Origin: a virus
Virus record (IMG/VR): IMGVR_UViG_3300021197_000592
Span: 1-64,000 of that record
DNA: 64,000 bases
Strand: one strand, 5' to 3'
Under the pieces are notes generated by a model. That model made no database searches and was not told where the DNA came from. It saw nothing but the letters and a program-made list of their open reading frames with translations. The translations under genes and the position numbers were made by a program. Within the stretch, counting starts at the first letter, position 1, and each line of letters begins with the position of its first letter. This document shows positions 1 through 8,371 of the stretch, in pieces.

Positions 1-172
1 ATACTATTCTTATTCTGGAAATGGAATAAACAAAAAAAATAAATCGGCGCAAGTGCTAAAAAAATACCGTGACAATTTCTGAGAAAGTATGGTATAATGT
101 TTTTATCCAGCATGCAAAAGGTAGATGTTCGTTCGATTATTCGATTATGTCGTAGTCCGGGCGGTGAACGAT

Positions 173-451
173 ATGGAATGGTTCGATAATGTGCGAAAAA
201 ATAGCATGAATGAGCGATTGTATGAGATTACGATGAGAAACAAGGCAAAATTAGACGTAATGTTGGATGAACACTATGAATTTGTCGAATCAGAGGTCAA
301 AAGGATGGTTTCTATGGGTATTTCCGAGGAAAATGCGAAAAAACTCGTTGCTGACATGAGTGAGGAGACTAGAAAGGTAATTTTAGATGGAATTGAGGAA
401 AATAAGAAGAATCTAGAGCGAATTATCTCTACTCAAATTATTGAAGAGTAA
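173..451 (+). CDS. hypothetical helical protein with W-tag variant (MEWFDNVRK)
   Basis: In-frame ATG at 173 of ORF 125..451, preceded by GGTGA SD at 163-167; starts with a variant of the shared N-terminal motif. Confidence 0.7.
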   Translation: MEWFDNVRKNSMNERLYEITMRNKAKLDVMLDEHYEFVESEVKRMVSMGISEENAKKLVADMSEETRKVILDGIEENKKNLERIISTQIIEE

Positions 452-503
452 ATTTCGATAATTCAGAACAATAAAGTGTTACCTTCAAGTGGAACTCGTT
501 TAG

Positions 504-767
504 ATGGTAGAGGATTCTCAAAATGAGTTGGGAAATGACCCTTCTAAATTGATTGAGTTGTCAAGGGATGAAAATGACTGGTTTACCGTGCTTAGAGGGG
601 CAGGAGCGGTAACTAGCACATCAGCAGGAACGGCTCCGTTGTTCAATATCTCGTATGGAAAGTATTTGAGAGTAAAACCGAAGAAAAAGAAGAAACTAGA
701 GGGAACCATCTTTGAGAATTTAGAGAAAGATGGGGAACATGAGGAGGGATGTGGTTGTGGCTGCTAA
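504..767 (+). CDS. hypothetical protein, internal W-tag-like segment (DWFTVLRG), C-terminal CGCGC
   Basis: ORF track; motif inspection. Confidence 0.6.
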   Translation: MVEDSQNELGNDPSKLIELSRDENDWFTVLRGAGAVTSTSAGTAPLFNISYGKYLRVKPKKKKKLEGTIFENLEKDGEHEEGCGCGC

Positions 768-1890
768 GAAGTTGAAGAAGGACAGAGTTTCCCTTAATCT
801 CGGCAAGTATAAGTTGAATTCTCGTAGGAACTACAAATTGTTCACCAAGGACTGGTCTAATTGGTTGCGAACCACGAAGGGACTCAGTGGGGATGCGATA
901 GGGAACGCCAAACTCAGTGAGTCACTATTCGATATGGTTGAGGGTCAGGGAATCTCAGGTCGTCAGGCTGGTAACAGCGGTCCTGATGGCGAGCCTTGGT
1001 CAAGAGATGCGATAGCAGACATGAGAGACATCGAGAAGTTCTTCCGAACTCAGAACTACAGCGAGGAGCATCTGAATAAACTGATGGCACTGGACAAGCA
1101 GATGGATGATTGGAAGAACAGTAGTGAGGTCGGTGGAGGAAATGCGGCTAACATCAAGTTCACACAACCTGCTGCATGGGATGACGAGGATGGAACCATT
1201 GCCGAGTATGAGTTTGTCTATGGTCACTATCTGACAGACAAGTATGTCGAGTATCGAAACAACTTCAAGGATGATAATCTGTCTGCTGTTTCCTCTGAGT
1301 GGTATTCTGACACGCCCGGAAGCGCTAGGCCTCCGATGTGGCAAGCAATGTATGCAGAGGGGAACTTCCTCGGTAAGAACTCGATGAGTCTGCATAAGAT
1401 AATCAAGGATGCAATCAAAGACCTACAGGAGTTGGACTTTGAGTTAGACCAATCCACGCCAATTCCAATCGAAGGACAAGGCAGTGCGAAACTAGCCTTG
1501 GAGATTCCTGAGATTGCCAAGATGTTCAAGATGATGGTTGACCATGAGGAGTACACCACAAGCAGTGGTAACTTCGCAACGACAAGAGCGGCTAGTCAAA
1601 TCAAGAACGTTCCAATCATGCTCAAGACGAACAGGGAGGTCAACATCGTCAAGAGGATAGCAGATGAGATGGGTGGAATACCCAACGACATAGAGAAGAT
1701 ATTCATCACGATGTCAAGGAGGCAGATGGCTAACATGGCGAAACTCGCTGGATGGAAGCCACATCCAGAATCGACCTACATGAAGAGGAAGAAGAGAGAG
1801 GCCGAGGAAGCACAGGAGACTGATGAGGTGAAGACCAGTGCTGATGTCGAGGAGACTGATTGGAGAACCATAATGAAGGTGAATGCATGA
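730..1890 (+). CDS. hypothetical protein with C-terminal W-tag (DWRTIMKVNA)
   Basis: 386-aa ORF; true start may be GTG 751/757 after GAGGAGGG. Confidence 0.75.
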   Translation: MGNMRRDVVVAAKKLKKDRVSLNLGKYKLNSRRNYKLFTKDWSNWLRTTKGLSGDAIGNAKLSESLFDMVEGQGISGRQAGNSGPDGEPWSRDAIADMRDIEKFFRTQNYSEEHLNKLMALDKQMDDWKNSSEVGGGNAANIKFTQPAAWDDEDGTIAEYEFVYGHYLTDKYVEYRNNFKDDNLSAVSSEWYSDTPGSARPPMWQAMYAEGNFLGKNSMSLHKIIKDAIKDLQELDFELDQSTPIPIEGQGSAKLALEIPEIAKMFKMMVDHEEYTTSSGNFATTRAASQIKNVPIMLKTNREVNIVKRIADEMGGIPNDIEKIFITMSRRQMANMAKLAGWKPHPESTYMKRKKREAEEAQETDEVKTSADVEETDWRTIMKVNA

Positions 1891-1976
1891 AATTACCATG
1901 CTGTGGAGTGAACGTTTCAAATGATAACTATGCAATGGCAATTTGCATGTATTGTTTTGGGAGAGGAAAGAAATGA
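1887..1976 (+). CDS. 29-aa Cys-rich microprotein (MKLPCCGVNVSNDNYAMAICMYCFGRGKK), possible Zn finger
   Basis: Hand-translated; ATGA overlaps with both neighbours; CC plus CxxC. Confidence 0.55.
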   Translation: MKLPCCGVNVSNDNYAMAICMYCFGRGKK

Positions 1977-2200
1977 ATTGGAAGAGTAATGTAGAGAAGG
2001 CCATAGAGATTCTAGATTCAGATATGGTAGCAGAGAACAAGGTTGCTAGAGCCTTGGATTTCCTTGTAGCGTCATTGCGAGTGGGTATAGCGATGGAGCA
2101 TGAGAACAGAATGGAGAAAGCAGACTGGTTTGAAACCATCAAGGGAGATTGCGGAACTCACAAGATTGACGATGAGGAAGATGAGGAGGAGATGGATTAG
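1973..2200 (+). CDS. hypothetical protein, W-tag variants at N-terminus (MNWKSNVEK) and internally (DWFETIKG)
   Basis: ATG 1973 after GAGAGG within ORF 1943..2200. Confidence 0.7.
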   Translation: MNWKSNVEKAIEILDSDMVAENKVARALDFLVASLRVGIAMEHENRMEKADWFETIKGDCGTHKIDDEEDEEEMD

Positions 2201-2689
2201 ATGAGTTGGTTTGAGATATTGAAGGAACTATCGGATTATGAGAGAGCAGTAGCGGAGGAGTTCGCTACAGATGAGGATATGGATAGACCTGACTACAGTA
2301 AGACTGGTCCGTTTGCAAACATGCCTGAGTTTCCGAAGATGAGAACCAAGGATTCCACTACACAAGACGAGGATGCCAAAAGGAGAACAGAGGAGAACGA
2401 AGCAGAACTCCTCGCTCGCTTGAAGGCACGAAACCAGAAGAGCAGAGAGAGGATAGGCAAACAAGTCCCGATTCCACCACCGCCTACTGGTGGCCCTATG
2501 CCCCCACCCCCACCGATGGATGGTATGGGAATGCCACCACCACCAATGGGGATGCCACCAGAGCAGCCGGAGAAGCCGGTAGTCAATCCAGAGAACGCAT
2601 CGGAATTTCCCGTTGACCCTGAGCAGGATGACGACATGGAAGACAAGACTGGTATCAGAGTGAAGAAGTGGTTTGAACAGTTGAAGTGA
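2201..2689 (+). CDS. Pro-rich protein tagged at both ends (MSWFEILK ... KWFEQLK)
   Basis: ORF track; poly-Pro/Met tract. Confidence 0.75.
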   Translation: MSWFEILKELSDYERAVAEEFATDEDMDRPDYSKTGPFANMPEFPKMRTKDSTTQDEDAKRRTEENEAELLARLKARNQKSRERIGKQVPIPPPPTGGPMPPPPPMDGMGMPPPPMGMPPEQPEKPVVNPENASEFPVDPEQDDDMEDKTGIRVKKWFEQLK

Positions 2690-2693
2690 TAGC

Positions 2694-3881
2694 ATGAATT
2701 GGATGACTGTGCTAAAGCAAACCGAGGATGACCCCGGTAACGTCAACACGGCGGCTAATGCACAGGCACAAGAAAACGCGAGAAAGCAAAAAGCGGCTGA
2801 ATTGGAACAGCAGAGGACTGCCAGCGCTAGGGCTAGGAACACGACTTCTCCTGTGCAAAGCCAAATGCCAGCAAGAGCAAGACAGGCTACTGATTTAGCA
2901 GGACGGGGAGCGAGGGCTTTGGGTCGCATGGGTAGCAACTATCTTGATGATATGAGAAACACTGCTCTACCGATTTCCAGTAAAGATGTGCTAAGGCAGA
3001 ATCAACTGTCAGGAGCGGCACAGGGAGCAAGAGCAGATGCAAAGTCTGGTAAGAACACCTACTACCAAGATGTGTACGGTGTTGACCCTTCAAGTTCAAA
3101 GGAACTAGGAGGAGCGATTGCCCAAGACAGAGCAGGGTATGAGGAATTCTTGGAGAGTGGTGCTGAGGGATTGGACACTAAAGATGTGGCAACTCAAGGT
3201 TGGCGTGGTAAGGTGAAGGGAGCGTTGGGTTTCGGTCCAACGGCCTCTGACCAAGCAAGAGCATCTTCCGCAAATCTAGAGTTGTATAGGCAACAGCAGA
3301 AACAACGTATGGAAAGGGACAAGATGGCTGATGAGGCCACTGCTAGAGCGCAACAGACAAAGAAGCCAATGGGTGGTCAATATGATGCTCTACTTGAAGC
3401 CGCAGGAAAACTAGAACAACCCGCATTGGATGACAAGGGTAAGATAAATCCAGCATTTGTAGAAGAAGCACAAACTGCAAGAGATGTTTTGGAGGAGAGC
3501 AATCAAGGATTATCACAACAGGCGCAAGAACAATTGCAAGCCCCTAGTTCCACACAATCGACAGATTGGCAAGGAGAAATCAGAGATGATGGACAGGCTA
3601 CTTTTGGTTCTAGTATTGTAACTGATGGTTCGGAAGAATCTCCGGCGGCTAAAGCGGCAAGAGAAGCCGAGCAAAAGAGGCAAGCGAACAAACCAAAAAC
3701 CAAGCAAACTAAACTAGGTAGGAATCTGAAAGGACACTGGTTGCCGGGTTATGGTGGTAGCAAGAACGTAGCCGCAGTTACGAATTTAGAGAGAACAAAG
3801 AACGTCAGACAAGACCTTGCTGATAAAAGAAAGAGAGAGCAAGAATCTATGTCTGGTAAACAAGGAACATTGGATGTGTGA
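2694..3881 (+). CDS. Ala/Gln-rich W-tagged protein (MNWMTVLK)
   Basis: 395-aa ORF, low complexity. Confidence 0.75.
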   Translation: MNWMTVLKQTEDDPGNVNTAANAQAQENARKQKAAELEQQRTASARARNTTSPVQSQMPARARQATDLAGRGARALGRMGSNYLDDMRNTALPISSKDVLRQNQLSGAAQGARADAKSGKNTYYQDVYGVDPSSSKELGGAIAQDRAGYEEFLESGAEGLDTKDVATQGWRGKVKGALGFGPTASDQARASSANLELYRQQQKQRMERDKMADEATARAQQTKKPMGGQYDALLEAAGKLEQPALDDKGKINPAFVEEAQTARDVLEESNQGLSQQAQEQLQAPSSTQSTDWQGEIRDDGQATFGSSIVTDGSEESPAAKAAREAEQKRQANKPKTKQTKLGRNLKGHWLPGYGGSKNVAAVTNLERTKNVRQDLADKRKREQESMSGKQGTLDV

Positions 3882-4777
3882 TGATGGCTTGGTTTGATTT
3901 GGTTAGAAAAGACTTCTATTTCGGAGACAATGACCCTAACGCGGCTAATCTTGCATATCAACAACAAATGGAAGCGGCGGCACAGAATCCAGATACGATG
4001 GCTAGATTAAGAGCAGAAAGCCGTGCAAGAAACGAAAAAAGGAGTCAACTTGCGAACTTAGGTAGTGGTAAAGAATATGGGTATGCTAGAAACAGGACTC
4101 CATTTTTCGGAACTAATCTTTCAGCAGTCGGTAGAAAGGGAAAAGACCTGCAAGAGAAAGAGTGGTTCAAGGATGAGGATGAAATGGAGGATTACTACAC
4201 TGATATGATTAGTGAGATAGAAACACATGAGGGTACGCATCAAGCAATGAAACCAGCCCTGAGAGATGCGGCTAATGAGGAAAGACAAAAGAGAATTGAA
4301 GAGGCCAAGAAAAGAGGAATTAAGGTTCTCAGAGATAATGAAAGTAAACAAGGTGTGACTAATCTTGAGAATCCTACTCCCCAACAGCATCGAGGAGGAA
4401 AAAACTACTACGAATCAGATGCGAGTCTTCCCACTGAACCTTCTTTCTTCGACAAGGTAAGAAGAAGAAAGATTGCACCAGAGAGTGAATTCAATGTTAA
4501 ACCCGGCCAAATGTCTGAATGGGAGGAGAAGGGTGCTGGCACTGCTCAATTCTACACTCCGGCTCGCGGTGACAAACCGTGGACTAGTGCTACTAACTAT
4601 CCTTACTCATCAACAAGAGTTGACCCTGCGAAGTTCAAAGACCCGCGAGCAACTCAAGACCCCAAACAAATGAGGGACATGCAAATAGATGGCGGATATC
4701 AAGAAATACAAAGAGACAGGGAACAAAGGCAGAAACCATTCAATGAGTATTATGACACAGGGAGGGCTTCGTTTTGA
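3881..4777 (+). CDS. W-tagged protein (MAWFDLVRK) with HExxH motif, possible zincin-like metalloprotein
   Basis: EIETHEGTHQAM in a helical context; start could be 3878, 3881 or 3884. Confidence 0.6.
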   Translation: MMAWFDLVRKDFYFGDNDPNAANLAYQQQMEAAAQNPDTMARLRAESRARNEKRSQLANLGSGKEYGYARNRTPFFGTNLSAVGRKGKDLQEKEWFKDEDEMEDYYTDMISEIETHEGTHQAMKPALRDAANEERQKRIEEAKKRGIKVLRDNESKQGVTNLENPTPQQHRGGKNYYESDASLPTEPSFFDKVRRRKIAPESEFNVKPGQMSEWEEKGAGTAQFYTPARGDKPWTSATNYPYSSTRVDPAKFKDPRATQDPKQMRDMQIDGGYQEIQRDREQRQKPFNEYYDTGRASF

Positions 4778-5430
4778 TTACTAGAAAGAGATGCTCACTT
4801 TGCAATCACGAAGACCGTGACCAACTAGAGCATGACTTGGAGTCTATGGCTATCACTTCCGATGAGTTGGACAATCGAATGAACTGGCCTAGTGGCACAT
4901 CATCAAGACATCAGAGGAATCACATGGCTGGTTACACCAACACATCAAACCCAAGGTGCAAGATATGCATACATCCGATTCGCATAGAGATAGAGAAGCA
5001 AGTGCATGATGGGATAATGACACCAACGACTGCGGCAGAGGTAGTCGGTTGTTCGGAAGACCAAATCATGCGACACATGAAGCATCATCTACAACCACTA
5101 GTGCAGCAATCAGCAGCACAACTAATCGCACAGAAGGATGTCGATGAGATTGGAGTTCTCAGTAGCAACATCACTAGGCTTGAGTCGAAGGTTGACGACT
5201 TGTTCGCAGAGGATGGCCTCGACCCCAAGTACATCGACTCGCTGACCAAGTTGGCGAAGGAGATTCGTGAGAGCCTCAAGTACCTCATGGAGTTCAAGGG
5301 CAAGTTGGTTCACAAGAGGCAAGACACAATTATAGTTCATCAGATGCAAGTTATCAAGGAGGTTCTAGCACAGAACCATCCTGAAGTTTGGCTAGATGTC
5401 AGAAAGCAAATGGAGAGTAAGATGCAATGA
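4774..5430 (+). CDS. protein with two CxxCxH...HxxxH repeats and C-terminal coiled coil; terminase small subunit candidate
   Basis: CSLCNH..HQRNH and CKICIH..HMKHH; no W-tag; TerS call is from architecture only. Confidence 0.4.
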   Translation: MITRKRCSLCNHEDRDQLEHDLESMAITSDELDNRMNWPSGTSSRHQRNHMAGYTNTSNPRCKICIHPIRIEIEKQVHDGIMTPTTAAEVVGCSEDQIMRHMKHHLQPLVQQSAAQLIAQKDVDEIGVLSSNITRLESKVDDLFAEDGLDPKYIDSLTKLAKEIRESLKYLMEFKGKLVHKRQDTIIVHQMQVIKEVLAQNHPEVWLDVRKQMESKMQ

Positions 5431-5792
5431 ATTGGAAAGATATTCTTCTGAAGGACACTAGTACAGCAACTAGGAGTGCTGACCTGTGGGTCATGAATAG
5501 CGAGGAGAATTACTTTCCAATCATACAACTCATTAAGCAGAAGGTGAAATCTTATTTGGATTGGGGTTGGTCTAAGGAAGAAGTAGTAGAGGATATCCTG
5601 AATGCCGTAGCAAAGGAATTGCCTGAGATGCTATCCCAACACAAGGGATTCATGGACGAGTTGTTATCTCCTGTAGATGATAGGGATGAACAGGGAGATA
5701 GCATATCGGATGTGGATTGGCTAGAGGTTGCTAGGAATTTTGAAGAGGATATTGAAGATGCTATGGGGGATTATCCGGAGGAATGGCAATGA
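5427..5792 (+). CDS. acidic W-tagged protein (MNWKDILLK)
   Basis: ORF track; ATGA coupling. Confidence 0.75.
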   Translation: MNWKDILLKDTSTATRSADLWVMNSEENYFPIIQLIKQKVKSYLDWGWSKEEVVEDILNAVAKELPEMLSQHKGFMDELLSPVDDRDEQGDSISDVDWLEVARNFEEDIEDAMGDYPEEWQ

Positions 5793-6061
5793 GTTGGAAA
5801 AATCTAGTTAAAATTGAAGATTATGATACTCTTTCCTATCTAACTAGAGAATCATTAGATTCACTTAAAGATTTAGAAAGACAGTTATTTGAAACAATAT
5901 ACAAGTTACAGTCAAGTAAACTAGGTAGTAACTTAAGGGATAAACCGGAATCAAACCTTGATTTCCAATTTCTTTTACAGTTCAAGAGGCAGTTGGGAGA
6001 ACTTCTGTATGACATTGAAAATCCTATGAGAGACTACGCGGAGAAATGGCAATGAGTTGGA
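5748..6061 (+). repeat. 51-bp imperfect direct repeat at consecutive gene junctions (5748-5798, 6011-6061)
   Basis: 42/51 identical by hand alignment; encodes DIEDAMGDYPEEWQ* and DIENPMRDYAEKWQ*, each running into ATGAGTTGGA. Confidence 0.85.
5789..6055 (+). CDS. W-tagged protein (MSWKNLVK), AT-rich
   Basis: ATG 5789 overlaps upstream stop. Confidence 0.7.
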   Translation: MSWKNLVKIEDYDTLSYLTRESLDSLKDLERQLFETIYKLQSSKLGSNLRDKPESNLDFQFLLQFKRQLGELLYDIENPMRDYAEKWQ

Positions 6062-6711
6062 GCGAAAACAAAGATTGGTTTAATGTGTTAAAGGCTCCAC
6101 GGCCTTTTCGTGATGATACAGGAGCAAAAAGAACGAAGGGAAATATTCCATATTATACATATGATGAATTAGATGATACGGAAAGAGAACAGGCTGACAG
6201 AGGATTGGGAATACAGGCTGACAAGGATGCACGTGCAAGGATGAAAGACCCATCATTGCAAAGCCGCATAGAAATGGAGATGCGAAGAAAGGGAAAACGT
6301 GCAGGGAAGAAAGAGGCTAGAACAAGACTCACGGAAGAAGCGAGAGAAGACCTAGAAGGAAAGAAAGGTGAAAGAGCATTCATGGGAAGAGGGCGCGAAC
6401 CCGGATTGTATGGTCGTTCCGCAGGATATGACATAGACACAGACGAGGGTGTTGCAACGTATGAGTCAGGGTACAAAGGAGCAGAGAGATTCAGGGGATT
6501 CAAACCCGTTCAACTGACTAATTTTTTAAAGGGTGTACTGAGAGAGAAGGGAAAGAAAGAAAACATCGAGTCAAAATTTAGACAAGCCATAGATGACTAT
6601 ATGCGAAATGGTGGTAAGTTTGAGAGACAACACATAACTCTACTGAACAAGGCTGGTCTTGGTGGTTCTGTTATGATGGACATAGTGAGAGACAATTTAG
6701 CAAGAAGGTGA
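6052..6711 (+). CDS. basic W-tagged protein (MSWSENKDWFNVLKA)
   Basis: ATG 6052 overlaps upstream stop. Confidence 0.75.
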   Translation: MSWSENKDWFNVLKAPRPFRDDTGAKRTKGNIPYYTYDELDDTEREQADRGLGIQADKDARARMKDPSLQSRIEMEMRRKGKRAGKKEARTRLTEEAREDLEGKKGERAFMGRGREPGLYGRSAGYDIDTDEGVATYESGYKGAERFRGFKPVQLTNFLKGVLREKGKKENIESKFRQAIDDYMRNGGKFERQHITLLNKAGLGGSVMMDIVRDNLARR

Positions 6712-6715
6712 GACA

Positions 6716-8371
6716 ATGGCATGGGAGTCTTTGTTGAAAGTCAGGCGATTCTTGTCTGATGACGAAGTTAAGATTGCACATGCACTTATTGTGGCAAAGG
6801 CATCTGGTGACCCACTAGATTTGTCAGAATATGAAACACCAGAGAAGAAGAGAACCATCACTATGTTCACTAAGAAGATAGAGCGCGTTGAAGACAAGGA
6901 GTTTGAAGAGAAGTTCCAACAGGTAAAATGGAAGTTGGGAGACAAGGAAGACTACTTGAGAATGCTCAAAGAATATAGACAAACGCAACCTACCCCCAAA
7001 GAAATTGACAAACCGTATCTAAAAGATAAGATTGAGGACTTCTTAGAGGGAAACCACGATGGTCTTTTAGAATTGATAGAAAGGAGTAAAAGAAAGGGAT
7101 TAATTTCTGCTATTCAGAATTGGAATAAAGTCAACAATGATACCTTGAGGGAGTACGTCAAGGACAAGCCCGAACTCGCTGAGAAGATGAAGAAGGTGTT
7201 CAGGCAACTGGAATCATCTGAGGAGATGAAGAGGCAGGTGTCTCCTGCTTCGATTGGGGATGACGTTGCTGCGGAATATGTCAAGATGGTGGTGAATGAT
7301 TTGAAACTAGCATCTACTGGTAATGAGATGAGACTAGGAAAGGAGTCCTACTTGCCAATAAGAGAGGGGTTGTCTCCTAACTTCGCACGTAAGTTGTTTG
7401 GGTTGGGAGCGAATCAAGGAGGGAACCTCCCACCTGTAACCATGTATATTCTAGAGAATGACTCAGTTAACTTTGAGGAGTTCATGGCTGTTGCTGATAC
7501 AAAGTCAAGCACAGTCAAGGAGATGCTGTACAATAAACTCAGGCGAAGCGAGTTCGATAATGACATTCAAGAGGAATGGGATAGAAGCGAAAGCATTGTG
7601 TCGTTTGAGAATACGGTAGCGGCAGACAGGGAGATGAGCAAGGAATTCAAATCCATGTTGGCTAACTTGGGAGAAGGCATGAAAGTAGAGGATGTAACTA
7701 CAGATGTGAAATTCTCCATGCCGAAGGATGACTATGACAAGATGATGAGCGGAAAGTGGGATGAGTCCTTGGAGACATATGGGATAAACTCCGATGACGC
7801 ATTGGAGGACTTGTTGGATGTGCATGAGGAGGACTTGAAGAAACTACAGGAGAAGGTCAAGGGTTTCGTGAGGCTAGTTGACATGGAGACAAAGAAGAGG
7901 TTGGAGGACTCCGAACTCCTACAGGATGAGGGAATAGAACTCTGGAACAATGATGGCTCATTGAAGCAGATAACAACCGAGGAGACTGGTGAGAAGGCTT
8001 TCCCGAAATACCTGCAAACTCTTGCCGAGATAGACAATCCTACCAGAGCCGTATTCCTAGCCGCAGAGGGAAACAAGAACCAAGTGATGCTAGGAGACTT
8101 CATTCTCTACTTAGCAAGAGCAGAACTATCATATCAAGAAAGGACAAGTGATGTGAGAAGCGCGGTCAATGCCTATGCTAAAGAGCAAAGCGATGAGAAC
8201 AAGAAAAAACTAGATGACGAACTCTCCACTGCTAAGTACAAAGAGATTAGAAACGACATGCTACTAGCGATAAAGGAGAAGATGGCAACGCTTCTCAGTG
8301 AGTATGATACTAACATGTTGCACGAAAGAAAGACTATAGAACCGTTGGATTGGTTGAGGGAGAACATATGA
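6716..8371 (+). CDS. large acidic helical W-tagged protein (MAWESLLK); internal virion protein candidate
   Basis: 551-aa ORF with GGTGA SD; function is inference. Confidence 0.7.
   Translation: MAWESLLKVRRFLSDDEVKIAHALIVAKASGDPLDLSEYETPEKKRTITMFTKKIERVEDKEFEEKFQQVKWKLGDKEDYLRMLKEYRQTQPTPKEIDKPYLKDKIEDFLEGNHDGLLELIERSKRKGLISAIQNWNKVNNDTLREYVKDKPELAEKMKKVFRQLESSEEMKRQVSPASIGDDVAAEYVKMVVNDLKLASTGNEMRLGKESYLPIREGLSPNFARKLFGLGANQGGNLPPVTMYILENDSVNFEEFMAVADTKSSTVKEMLYNKLRRSEFDNDIQEEWDRSESIVSFENTVAADREMSKEFKSMLANLGEGMKVEDVTTDVKFSMPKDDYDKMMSGKWDESLETYGINSDDALEDLLDVHEEDLKKLQEKVKGFVRLVDMETKKRLEDSELLQDEGIELWNNDGSLKQITTEETGEKAFPKYLQTLAEIDNPTRAVFLAAEGNKNQVMLGDFILYLARAELSYQERTSDVRSAVNAYAKEQSDENKKKLDDELSTAKYKEIRNDMLLAIKEKMATLLSEYDTNMLHERKTIEPLDWLRENI

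Noticed and set aside
1-124. AT-rich start as genome terminus or promoter
   Set aside because: TATA-like strings are present but cannot be assigned without upstream sequence or transcript data.
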